DNA of 64,000 nucleotides from Balanoglossus misakiensis (Eukaryota; Animalia; Hemichordata), in the NCBI GenBank assembly GCA_040954595.2, contig CM082591.2:5301009-5365008 (forward strand), written 5' to 3'. The notes beneath the pieces were generated by a model. It was not told the DNA's origin and did no database searches. It saw only the letters and a list, made by a program, of their open reading frames with translations. The position numbers and the translations under genes were made by a program. Positions within the stretch are counted from its first letter, which is position 1. Each line of letters begins with the position of its first letter. Positions 47,101-59,883 of this stretch are shown here, one piece after another.

Positions 47101-49542
47101 ATTTAAAGTAGCAATCGCATTCACCTGTGACCTCAATAACAAATTTCCTCCCAGTCTCCTGGCTGCTCCTAGAGAACATGAAAACTTCACTGGAGCACGA
47201 CGTAACAACTGCGCCATCAACCGACAACTCAAACAGTCCACCGTGAAAGTTTTCAAATATCCGCAGCTGTGAGTCGAGGGTTTCGGCCGGCTCCATGAGA
47301 ATGAAATTCAGCTTAACCGAGTTCGTGTCCGCCAAATGGATGTTCCAGAAACAGGCGGTGTCCGCGGAAATGTTGCCAGGGTAACCGGGAGAGTAGATGG
47401 TTGTTGGTTCAGTGATGCTACCGCCGCAGGCACCGATATTTGCTGAAATGGATAAACGAGAAATCAGCAGAAATCGATCGGTGATTTTTAAAAACAAGAC
47501 AATAAGTACCCTAGCTGTATTCCTCTTTTGCAGGAAAATAATCATCTCATGCTGACATTTATCACAGAATATTGAAAGATTTGGAGAAATGTTTTTCTAG
47601 AAATCTGCCTCTCCCCCACCGACCTACAACATCAACCCTTTTACCCCAGTTCCCTCTTTAGAGGTCCAACTTTACCATAGAAAACGATGAATTTGGACCA
47701 AACCATGGAGGTTAAAGGGTTAAACTAAATGTCATACTTGAATAAACTGACACGTGTTTCTCTCCACCGCACACGCTGCTGCTGTCGCCGTCGCATCTTG
47801 TACTACACTTATCCCAATATTCAGTATCCCCCCAGTAAGACGCCTCATCGCTCCCACAATAGCAGTACGTTGCATTCCTCAGTCCAGCGTAGGGTTTCCC
47901 CACGCCCCGGCAGTAGCTTAGACATCTCTGGATGGTCATGTCGTCCAGTTCGAACTCATCACCCGGCAGGACTACGCCATCTTCGTCACTAGCAAAGCAA
48001 CCTTTGTAACCATCGACTTATTATTGCAAAGAAAAAGAAAAACAGAATATTGATCATAACTTGTCTTTATCTAAAACAGGATAATTTTAACACAATAAAT
48101 TTAACGATTTCAGGAATCCGTCCGAATGCAGTATAAAGGATGACAACTATAGTACAGATGCAAATTGCAGACATAAAAATACTTGTTCCTTCTGGCCTTG
48201 CTGCATTATGTTACAGTAAAATTCAATGTCTAAGTGCAGATAATTCAGAGTAATCTGATGTTCTAGCTGTATGTGAAATCACTGAGCCATACATAGTATA
48301 TCAGCGGGAGACGTGTTTTGGACTATAGCAAGGCCAGTGTTCACATTCTCATGTTTGAAACTTAAACCATGATTGTCGACATAAGGTTAACGCTGGTGTC
48401 AGTGGAGTCAGTCCAGACTCCAGTTAAGTTATGCGATTATTACTTGTCTCTCCTAACAGAATAGGTCACTTCCGTGACCTCTATGTTAGCTTACATCTTG
48501 TACTTCCGTTGGCATGGGGTTGTCAAAATTCATCAGTTTCGGACAGGAAACGTATCAAAGTTTCTTGACAAAGAGCCACCTTTGTAATTTAGTATATACT
48601 ATAATTTGTTGACTAGAGGTTTTATAGAGGTTTTTGTAAACCGGAAGTACGAGGTTGTAAGGTCATGTACGGGTCATAAAATGGCTTCTTATATGAAACG
48701 TATCATTACTTACAATTACACTTGACTACGGCTGAGTTGGGGCAGTCTGGGTGCATTTTGTAATAACAGTCGGCAATGGACGATTCATTGCCAATACACG
48801 CCACGTCTATCACCCGTTGACGATCGTCATCGACGAGGAAACGATGCGCACTGCCGGAATACATTGCTCCGGGTCGCCCTGGGCAACAAAAGTGAACAAA
48901 TCCAGATTGCTAAACACGCATATTAAAGGAAGTAATAACGTTCCAGTTTGAAAAAAACACCTGGTAAAATTGAGTAAAAAAGCTGAAGCATGCTGTGGTC
49001 AAACACTCCAGGGACTTGTTTATTCAGACCTCCGTAGTCTCCGTTACCGAGACCATTGAACGATTTGTAAAACAAAATGGCCGCTGTCAGGATTTCGGAT
49101 CTGGATAACCGAGAAAAAGACCTACCCAGTTCTTGACAAACAACGTTTCCATCAATCCAGTCAGATTTCCAGTAGCAAACAGGAGTCCACCCGGTTTCAT
49201 TTCGATACATTTGCACTTTTCCTTCATATCTGTCGTTTCCATACACCAGCCGAACATTTTCACCAGCGTCTGTTGGAGGAAGGAGAAATAATCATTCTTT
49301 TATTCTCGCGTATCAATAAAACAACGACCTAGAAATACATCCACACATATCTGTTTACAACAAATCATGAAAGCTATAGGTTACACTATGTAATGTCCAC
49401 TGGCTGTGTGGTCAAATATTCAATCACTGACCAACTATCAACTGTAAATGTGATTCTTACCTGTCTTCTTATCCATAACCATGATGAAAAACAGCGCCAA
49501 AAGAGTCACCAGTTTTATCCCCTTAACACACACAATCCCCAT
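44118..49542 (-). CDS. SRCR-WSC-CUB-4xCCP-TM receptor 3 with a very short tail (spliced)
   Basis: Signal 49461-49542; SRCR 49126-49269 and ~48713-48877; WSC 47738-48016; CUB 47125-47442; CCP ~46780-46974, ~46134-46305, ~45735-45905, ~45297-45469; linker 44823-44876; TM 44523-44601 (VIVAIILVILAALLLIIILVIIIC); tail 44118-44196 KSKKKYDVDVGEKEMQTTAVQTSDE*. Confidence 0.83.
48470..48680. mobile_element. MITE family X, copy 2
   Basis: tgacc..ttacatcttgtacttccg ... ccggaagtacgaggttgtaaggtcatgtacgggtca. Confidence 0.65.
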
Positions 49543-50924
49543 CTTCAAAGGTGTCTAAATAATTTCATCAAAAAGAGCACTGATTATGAGCTTTATTATA
49601 AATATGATGGATGGAGTTAAATGTGCCTTGTGAGTCATTGTAAGGCCTATGGTCGCTGTCGATCATTCGAAATTCCAGTTAACTTTACCGAAATGTTACT
49701 CCCTGACCCCTGAAAAGCTGTCTATGGTGGCGCCTAAGAAAAATTCCACGTCCAATAAGTGCAGTATGTCATATCTGTACTACTTAAGGTGGCGACCCCT
49801 AATTTTTATTCTGAAATTTATCAGAAAATAATCTTAAGTTGCATTGAGTAAAATATGATAAATGTTGAAGACTTTGACTTGCATGAACCTTAAAGTTCAT
49901 GCAAATATAAATTTAATACACATACCATACGTATCTTGACCTCTATGGTCGGTTGTTGTTTTTTAATATGTTTATTTGACAGACACAGTGTAAGGTCCTT
50001 AAATGTCAAAGATACTTAATGCCACCCCTGAACACATCTGTACTATAAATACTGACCCTGCATTTTGCCAGCGAAACGGCGCTAAGTATTTAGCCCATTC
50101 TGTAATTCAATAACAGGATGAAATTCCATGGACTTTATTATTTTGAGTTGATTAAATTCCACAAAACTCTGTCACGTGTGGTTGAATCAGAGCTGCAGTG
50201 CAAGGTGTTACTTTTTCAAGTGTGGAATATTTTGAACGTATTTTACATTTTGAGCGTATTTCACGAAGTGATTCGGGAACCACACAACTGGAATAATCGC
50301 AATATTTAGGAACAAGCCAAAATGTGTGAATATTGCAGCTGTAAACCACCCCAACGGCATCCTGCGAGAATTTATCGTGGCCTGGTATAAAAACCAACTG
50401 TTACATCAATACTTGGGGTGGTTTATAACTAATACATATACCAGTATATTGAAATTTGGCATAAAACTAGTTTAAAATTTTTTTGTATTTGCACATAGGT
50501 TTCAGACATGGTATATCACGAATATAGCACTGCTATTTTTGCACCTCGACCAATCATGCAGACAGCTATATTTTGCACCATCAATATACTGGTATGATAA
50601 AATACTTGATATGTCGAGGAGTAAGGTCATGATTCTGTCGCAAATTCTCTTGCAGGCAAATCGCCGCAAACAACAGCAATATTTGCGTATGAGAGGACCC
50701 CTATTGCGAGTCATTGATATGTGGAATTCCCAAGATACTCAAAGTGAACAAGCAGTCTCCTCCACCACAGATTATGTTTCGGTTGAACAGATATACTAGC
50801 TGATACATAAAGCGAGTAATAAAAGTTATTCAGGGTTGTTAAATCTGTAAATCTGTACCTACATTGTACCTCAAAAACGTTAAATTGGAGTGAGCTTAGG
50901 CGCATTTTAGTTGGTGGAAATTTT

Positions 50925-51305
50925 GCTGGAGAACAAAACTTAGATGTGCAAATAAAATCTCGCGCAATTGAGCAAAGGAGCAATTAAAGAAAATATATAT
51001 AACAGAAAATGTTCTGGTTCTTCCATTTCTATTTGATCAGTTTCTCATCTTCGTTCATGTACTTAACTTAAGTAACGACATCATACAAAAAAGTGTTCTC
51101 CAGATATGTTACTAATGTCCTGGTGAACAAAACTTGGAAGTCGAAATAAAATCATGTGCAATTAAGAAAAGGAGGAATTTAAGAAAATATATATAACAGA
51201 AAATGATATGATGCCTCTATTTCTATCTGACGAGTTTCTCAGCCTCGAACATGTAACGATATCATCAAAAACAACTTATTCTCTAGGTATGTTACTATAG
51301 TCCAG
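50925..51305. repeat. Diverged ~195 bp tandem duplication
   Basis: ctgg(a/t)gaacaaaactt...aagaaaatatatataacagaaaatg...tatgttacta occurs twice, starting at ~50925 and ~51120. Confidence 0.8.
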
Positions 51306-52988
51306 AACTAATAATATTAATTTTATTTATTGGGGAAAGGGAACCGAGGGAAATTAATGGCAAATGATTAAGTGGAATTTGAAACTTTCATCAGGAGTGC
51401 AAAGATGAAATTTCTAGCACTGAATTGGTCTGATAAATCGATAAGATTACTTACCTTATTCACAGACTCCTGATCAAGAATAAATACTGTACTCCTGTCC
51501 ACTCGACGTTACAGGGTTAGCCTTGCCGTACCGCGCAGGAAACACGCCGCCTGCTCTGATGAACATTCACGAAGAGTGATCGACAAGAGTCGACAAATAA
51601 CGGACAGTGTCGAGTTACCAGTGCTCGCGATCATTCCCGACCGGTCAATGCCGGGTCATCACCGTGACTCGGCCGTCAGCATGACAGTGGCTTCAACCTA
51701 CACTTAACGAAGTGTGCTCTCCATATTGCGGTCATATCCTTCAAGTTCCCTCGTATAACAATGCGATAAATATTAATGACAACAAATTAATATATGAATC
51801 AAACAGCTTGAGTATTCCACATAAACTTTTTTTTTCAAATGCCAATTCTAGATTGAAAAAACTATTACAACATAATTTTTGACTTGCCAAGTGTTGATCA
51901 GTCTATCACTCAAAATATATGTCACTGTGGAGATTTTTAACATGACCGCTCGTGATAAAAGGTCATGTGAAGTGGGTGTGTCCCCACTGCTTCCAGACGA
52001 GTGAACTTGGTATCGAATGAACAGGCAAAATACTTTGCTGAATACTTTGGTTCATATTTCTATAATAATGCACAGCGGTGGTTCGCGTTGTAAATGTATT
52101 CTGTAGGCCTGTAACTGAATCGTGTTTTATGTGAAAATAGATGAACACCCTGCAGTAGCAGGAGTTCATATTCATTGCTTTGGATAATTTGAAGCTTGAA
52201 GTCATTTCCTATAGACTCGAGCTGGAACAAGCATTATTTTTAATGAATGCAATTTGAGACATTACCGCAATGGAAAATAATGAAGTGTTGGTATATCATG
52301 TTTGCAAATACATGTAATTAGGAGTAACCAGAGAACTACCAGTATATAGAAACGCATATACTTCCAGAAGAATTGGCATGAGTTCATAAGCATGTCAAAA
52401 TTCAAGAAAGGCGTTATTGAACTGCCCCTATCCCTGTATTACAGCTTTTCATATTAAAGCATACAATGTGTACAATATAGTCACTATAAGCAAGATTAAA
52501 AACTAGACTGTTTTCATCAATTTAGCTTGGTTGACCGCAGGCTCTCGTGGGCGTACGTCAGGTTATTTCAGACTGTCGTTATGTAACAGCTATTGAGAGT
52601 AACATGTACATGTAAGTCAATATTCCGAAATGTTGTGAAAAATTGATGATTTTAAAAATATTGGTGCAAATCTTCTGGAGTGTGGCCATAATCTGGGTGT
52701 GACGAAATCTCCGTTAATGAATTCAGGCGACTTAGTTTCATATTCTCCATACTGCAAACCACATGGTACTGGAACTATTGTCTGGAAATTATGTCAGCTG
52801 GGTTCAATGAATTCGACAATGAAACCTAATATTAATTCAACTTCCCTCGAAGCCTGAAACAAAGGAATTAAGTTGTTCCTCATATAACAATTACCCATGA
52901 TTATACCAGATGACCCGGAAACCTTGAGATTATTTGTATGCTGCAAGAGAGCTTTTCGTGGCAATCGTTTGACTCTTCATATTGGATC

Positions 52989-55900
52989 ATGAACCATCAA
53001 CGCCTCATACTTATATCTCTAATTACAGCATTGCTTTGCAGTGTCATTTATTCAGGTAAGACTCTGTGACTTATATTTGGAAAGGGTTTTCACATACATG
53101 TATGGACGGGTTGTATTAATCAAAACACACCATGATTCTATTGTGAAAATATCGCATTGGGCGTGTATTACTTGCACAGCACATAACTGCAGGACATCAA
53201 TTAACTTCTGATTCTTATTTCCTTTGTATATTCCAATCTCTCTGTGTGTTTTGTATGCCTGTCTGTCTGTCTATCTGTCTTTACAAGACACTGCAAGGGT
53301 CAGACTCGCTAATGGGCCATTGCCCTATCAGGGCGAGGTAGAGGTGTACAAGGCAAGCAGTCGCCAATGGGTGCCAGTATTGTACCCAGGTGTTGGGAAC
53401 TACTCAAAATGGAGCTTCACCAACTCAGAAGTAGTTTGCGAGGAATTGGGTAGGGAGAATTGCAACATTAATCCATTTCGCTTTATTGCAACAATGCTGT
53501 GTTCAAACTTCATTGAACACAAACGACTTGTTCAATTTCACGCCCCATACTCATTATGCAGGTAATAGTCCATACGTTGTAATAATGACGACAACAATTT
53601 TATGTTTATGTTAGAAATTAACTGTTATCTCTTACTGTTAAATATGTTGACCTTCTTTTACTTGACATTTGATATCCATTGCACAATCAACACCTACAGG
53701 ACACCAAGGAGCTATGTGGAAAGGATCAAAACAAATCTCATGTTTCGGTGAGACCTGCCTCTTCAATGTTGCTTGCAATGGCAACGAGGAATCCCTTCTT
53801 CAATGTTCATATCACACTGGTACTTGTCCGAGAGAAACAGCTGTCGCTGTCGTAAGATGTAACTGTAAGTCTTTTCACGACCATCATATTAAAATATGTG
53901 TATGTATGTATGTATGTATGTATGTATGTATGTATGTATGTATGTATGTATGTATGTATGTATGTATGTATGTATGTATGTATGTATGTATGTATGTATG
54001 TATGTATGTATGTATGTATGTATGTATGTATGTATGTATGTATGTATGTATGTATGTATGTATGTATGTATGTATGTATGTATGTATGTATGTATGTATG
54101 TATGTATGTATGTATGTATGTATGTATGTATGTATGTATGTATGTATGTATGTATGTATGTATGTATGTATGTATGTATGTATGTATGTATGTATGTATG
54201 TATGTATGTATGTATGTATGTATGTATGTATGTATGTATGTATGTATGTATGTATGTATGTATGTATGTATGTATGTATGTATGTATGTATGTATGTATG
54301 TATGTATGTATGTATGTATGTATGTATGTATGTATGTATGTATGTATGTATGTATGTATGTATGTATGTATGTATGTATGTATGTATGTATGTATGTATG
54401 TATGTATGTATGTATGTATGTATGTATGTATGTATGTATGTATGTATGTATGTATGTATGTATGTATGTATGTATGTATGTATGTATGTATGTATGTATG
54501 TATGTATGTATGTATGTATGTATGTATGTATGTATGTATGTATGTATGTATGTATGTATGTATGTATGTATGTATGTATGTATGTATGTATGTATGTATG
54601 TATGTATGTATGTATGTATGTATGTATGTATGTATGTATGTATGTATGTATGTATGTATGTATGTATGTATGTATGTATGTATGTATGTATGTATGTATG
54701 TATGTATGTATGTATGTATGTATGTATGTATGTATGTATGTATGTATGTATGTATGTATGTATGTATGTATGTATGTATGTATGTATGTATGTATGTATG
54801 TATGTATGTATGTATGTATGTATGTATGTATGTATGTATGTATGTATGTATGTATGTATGTATGTATGTATGTATGTATGTATGTATGTATGTATGTATG
54901 TATGTATGTATGTATGTATGTATGTATGTATGTATGTATGTATGTATGTATGTATGTATGTATGTATGTATGTATGTATGTATGTATGTATGTATGTATG
55001 TATGTATGTATGTATGTATGTATGTATGTATGTATGTATGTATGTATGTATGTATGTATGTATGTATGTATGTATGTATGTATGTATGTATGTATGTATG
55101 TATGTATGTATGTATGTATGTATGTATGTATGTATGTATGTATGTATGTATGTATGTATGTATGTATGTATGTATGTATGTATGTATGTATGTATGTATG
55201 TATGTATGTATGTATGTATGTATGTATGTATGTATGTATGTATGTATGTATGTATGTATGTATGTATGTATGTATGTATGTATGTATGTATGTATGTATG
55301 TATGTATGTATGTATGTATGTATGTATGTATGTATGTATGTATGTATGTATGTATGTATGTATGTATGTATGTATGTATGTATGTATGTATGTATGTATG
55401 TATGTATGTATGTATGTATGTATGTATGTATGTATGTATGTATGTATGTATGTATGTATGTATGTATGTATGTATGTATGTATGTATGTATGTATGTATG
55501 TATGTATGTATGTATGTATGTATGTATGTATGTATGTATGTATGTATGTATGTATGTATGTATGTATGTATGTATGTATGTATGTATGTATGTATGTATG
55601 TATGTATGTATGTATGTATGTATGTATGTATGTATGTATGTATGTATGTATGTATGTATGTATGTACCTCACGTTTTCAGACAGTTGCACAATGGCTGAA
55701 ACCATTTATATACCAATTTTCTTTTCTTTCCAAAATATAGTCGATGACTATCAAGGATGTTTCCAATTTGGCGAAAGCGGGGAAGGCCCCCTTCACATCC
55801 GGGAAAACATGACAATCCAAATGTGTCTTGAACATTGTCGCAATACGTCCATCTTAAATTCCACGTACGCTGGTTTACTTGGAGGTAACATGTGTCACTG

Positions 55901-58252
55901 TTTGCCAGAAAGTCAATACAGATCCCTTGTTAAGGTATCAAACGAGTTTTGCATTGAACCGTGCAGTGGTGACGTCCGTGGTTGGACAAACTGTGGAGGT
56001 AAAGATCACATTGGAGTATATAAATGTAAGTCAAGTGTTCATGACATATTCCGTTTTTCTTAAGTAGGCCTACTTAAAATTTGATACATTTCTAAGCATG
56101 TTTTGCCCAAGCTATATGAATGACTTTTATCATCACATAAAGAGGCTCTGATTACAGTATACATGCATGAATCCCATTACTCCAGTTTTCTTAATTATAT
56201 GATAAATGGTTATTGAAAAGTATAATAGATTCATAGAAATACTTACAAATTATTATTGCAGCTAGCATGGGGTCATGTGGAGGTAACATTCAGGGTCCAG
56301 GAACGCTGTATTCGCCAGGATTTCCGGGTTCTTACCCTGATAACATGAACTGCGTCTGGGAAATAAGTTCTCCACCTCGCACAGTGCTCACGATGGAATT
56401 CATCGTCTTTGTTGTAACTGAAGGAGTTCACAATGTGACAGTCTATGAAATGTACCAAGGGAATTACAGGGAATTACTGATGCAAGATTCGTTGGTGCTC
56501 CAGTCATGTTCAAACCGTGTCAGTCTACACTTCAATTCGAAAATCAGCCATTTTGGTAGCAGCTACATAGCGAGATTTGCTCTCACGTTCAAAGGTACGT
56601 GTCAACAGTTTGCCCACGAAATTATCTCATTAAGATATTATGTAAACATACATTGCTTTTATATTTGTCTTGATAAAGAGCATTCTTCTTTTATTTATAG
56701 TATAAAATCATCTTAAACATTCTTCAGGCCCACGCCAGTTCCTTCTAAGAAAACATAAATCATATACTACATACATGAGTACTGTGTACTTTCCAAATGA
56801 CCCCTAAATGACCTGACATCCTCGTACTTCCGTTGGTAAGAATCCATTAGTTGACTTAAACCTCTACAAAAACTGCACAGTTGCAGCTATTCTCAAAAAA
56901 ATATGTACTAAACTACCTATATGGCTACATTTCAAACAATATTTCAAACGTTGTTTATCTAAAACTGAATTATGGCAACCGACTACCAACGGAAGTACGA
57001 GGACGTAAGGTCATGTTGGGGTCATGAAAGTAACCTATTATGTTTCTTCTAAGGTATACCATCGTGTCTCTTACCATTGGGTATTGAAAATGAGGCGTTG
57101 ATCTTCAATGAATCTTGTCCATACTTCCATGGTGATGTCATCACTTTCACCTGCCGGCCTGGACACAACATGACCGATTCATATAATAGTATTGAATGTC
57201 AAGAAGACGGACATTGGAATGACTCCGTCCCTCAGTGCTCAGGTAAAAAATAAACATGTTCTGATTCATTTTAAAACAATACAATTACAATTTATTTACA
57301 TGATTGAATGGGCATGTCTATACTTTAAATTAACATTTGGCGGCACACTTTTTTGCGTGGATACCTTGCGAAAAACTGTTGCTGGCTAGATTCCTACTTT
57401 CCCTGGTAAAGTCCCTAACCCTAATCGCGAAACATACGTTTTGATTCCAAAAGGAGTAAATTTGTTGTAACTATTTCTTGTGCGTTTTATGCACAGCCGA
57501 ATTGTTACCTGCACCTCCAGTTATAAACTCGGAAGCAGATATAACGACATCCTTTGGAAATACAATTGGTAAGATTTATTTATGATTAAACACCCTTAGA
57601 TATATATAAGAATCATGTAGTAATATGCTTGTGTGTAAGCTTAATGTGTTCTGTTCTGATAATGACAACATGAAGACTTAGATTAAAACCCAGTCGTCCA
57701 GCGTCTGAAACTACTGATCCAAATAATGCTTTAAAATTTGGCATGCAAGGTTCTTAGGGGTACCTTAATATACATTTGTTAAAACTGTGTGCTTGTCTTT
57801 ACACATTTTTAATTTTGTGGCAGGTTTTGCCGGTATAAAAAATCCTCTCTGGAACTGCTTTTCTGTTACTTTGATATTTGGTACGCCATTTAATTCTGAA
57901 GCAGTTATCTTGTTTATAATGCGAATGTTTAATGCATACATGTGTGCTACAAATCACAGTTGCTTGAAGTCAGCACAGATGGGAGGTTAGGTCTGGGAAA
58001 ACGCATGGTGTAACAATCTTGTAACAATCAACTCGTTCACTGACAGTTCATGTGTTTTTGCAGGTCCAATCATTGTTGTAGTAACATTGATTCTGATCAT
58101 TGCGGCATGGCTCTTGGCGGTGTACTTAGGTACATCAGGGTGAGTTTGAGTTGACATTTAGCAAAGCAAATTTATTTTTGGCATCACGATGCAAACATCA
58201 TACAATTAACAGATGATGATGATGGTGATGGTGGTGGTGGTGGTGATGCTCG

Positions 58253-58342
<90 letters not shown>

Positions 58343-58778
58343 GTACTCACGTTTATCTTGCAGCCCAAGGGGGCACCCTACGGGCAACAGACACCCAATC
58401 AGAAAGGAGGACACACTACAATCGAATGAACCCACCAGCCGCCTGGGGCGTGGTCAGACTCAATTGGCAGATGCCAGAGCAGATTACGGTCACGTGGTGA
58501 AATATTCTCAGGAACGCAGCTGTGCTTCTGCCGAAGACCACGTCACCCAGTGGGTGTGGCAGTGCGCAGACTCCGCCAGTGCTTCGGAAAAGGACATTGA
58601 CAGCATTGAGAATTATGAGGACTCGGTTGTAGATGAAACTCTTAATATTGGCACCGAATCGAATGATTCAGTGTTTAATTTTCAACATTTTGACACCTGC
58701 GATGTTGTTGTGGCCATCGCACACGAGGTTGCTGTTAGCCCTTCGGATGGTGTTCACTCGTGCGCAGATGTGGAATAG
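52989..58778 (+). CDS. SRCR-WSC-CUB-1xCCP-TM receptor 4 (spliced)
   Basis: Signal 52989-53055 (MNHQRLILISLITALLCSVIYS); SRCR 53288-53449 and 53700-53864; WSC 55741-56025; CUB 56262-56594; CCP 57054-57242; linker 57497-57568; TM 58064-58139; tail 58364-58778; phases consistent. Confidence 0.85.
53899..55666. repeat. Perfect (TATG)n microsatellite, ~1.77 kb, intronic
   Basis: Uninterrupted tatg repeat between the second SRCR exon and the WSC exon. Confidence 0.99.
56797..57026. mobile_element. MITE family X, copy 3
   Basis: atgacccc..atgacctgacatcctcgtacttccgttggta ... taccaacggaagtacgaggacgtaaggtcatgttggggtcat. Confidence 0.72.
58212..58340. repeat. (GAT)n/(GGT)n microsatellite, intronic
   Basis: Trinucleotide run just upstream of the acceptor at 58363. 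Confidence 0.97.
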
Positions 58779-59059
58779 CTTTTGATGTGGTATCAAAATC
58801 AATCAATTCTACGAACAAGAACAATAGATAATAGAATTTATTCCAGCGCATACATTTAAATTGAACACATTACATTAATTCGGCTGATACATAAAAGTAA
58901 TTCGAGAGGCGAGAACAATACTTTATAAACTACATGAAAATAATTCCAGCACACAAAATTTACAAAATAGCACAGTTTCATATCAGGCTATCTCCTCTGT
59001 TGAACTCATTTTAATTGATCATGGATAAAATTGCGAAAGTAAAAGTACCAATATTGTCT

Positions 59060-59395
59060 TTTATTTTTTTAAATGTAAAGAAAATAAGCGGACAAAAATT
59101 AGTCTCCTTTAGAGGAAATTCAAACTGCCCATTAAAACATAAACTGTGATTACTTGATGCTAACAGCAGTTAACATGTTTATGTATTGCCACAGATGTTT
59201 TCAGTTGTTCATAAGATAATTTTCACTGACGATAATCGAATTTGATCCATTTCTGAATCATCTTGTGAACTGTGGTCCTGAAACACGCTGCCAGGTCATA
59301 ACATGCTTTACTGCTCTTTTCTCTTTTGTTTGCTTCTCCGTCAATCACCAATTACTCTTTTTTTCCCTTTTTTATAATCTCGTGATTTTGATTAA
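59060..59395 (+). repeat. Diverged direct repeat, left copy
   Basis: tctccttta..ttacttgat..taacagc..cagatgttt..tgacgataa..atccattt..atcatcttgtg..acgctgccaggtcat is shared with ~61710-62045. Confidence 0.75.
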
Positions 59396-59883
59396 ATAAA
59401 AAATTGGGCAAAGGAAAACCATAATATAAATGTGCCATTGCACATAAATGAACCCTTAATGCAAGTTTATTCGTAAGATCCGGATAGCATTTTCAGATGT
59501 AAAGACAGAAAGATTTAACCTGGAATTCGAATATGCAATAGTACAAACACAACTGGGTAAGGTCTTGAGCGGATGACATCAATAGAACAATGCATTAGCG
59601 AGCATATGACACTTACTTTCGAAGTAGGCCCAGCAATGCGGATACTTCCAAATACACCACCTGCACATCAACGTACGGCTTAAATCACTATAATCTGCTT
59701 AACCAATCACTACGTCTCCCTTTGCAGCTGTTTGCATATTGGGTGGAGTATGCTAATTATTATAATGCAGGTGTCCTAAAAGGACGATTTTGTTGTGGGT
59801 TATGTTTCTTTGCAAATCTAGAGACTCTATTTCGTAAATGTGACTGTATTCCTCTCGGAAAGCATAAGTAACAGAAGGGCTCA

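Noticed and set aside
53669-56063. Long ORFs of 614-721 aa (MYVC / HTYI repeats)
   Set aside because: Translations of the (TATG)n microsatellite; only the flanking SRCR and WSC exon portions are real coding sequence
58184-58500. Poly-Met and poly-Ser ORFs
   Set aside because: Translations of an intronic (GAT)n microsatellite
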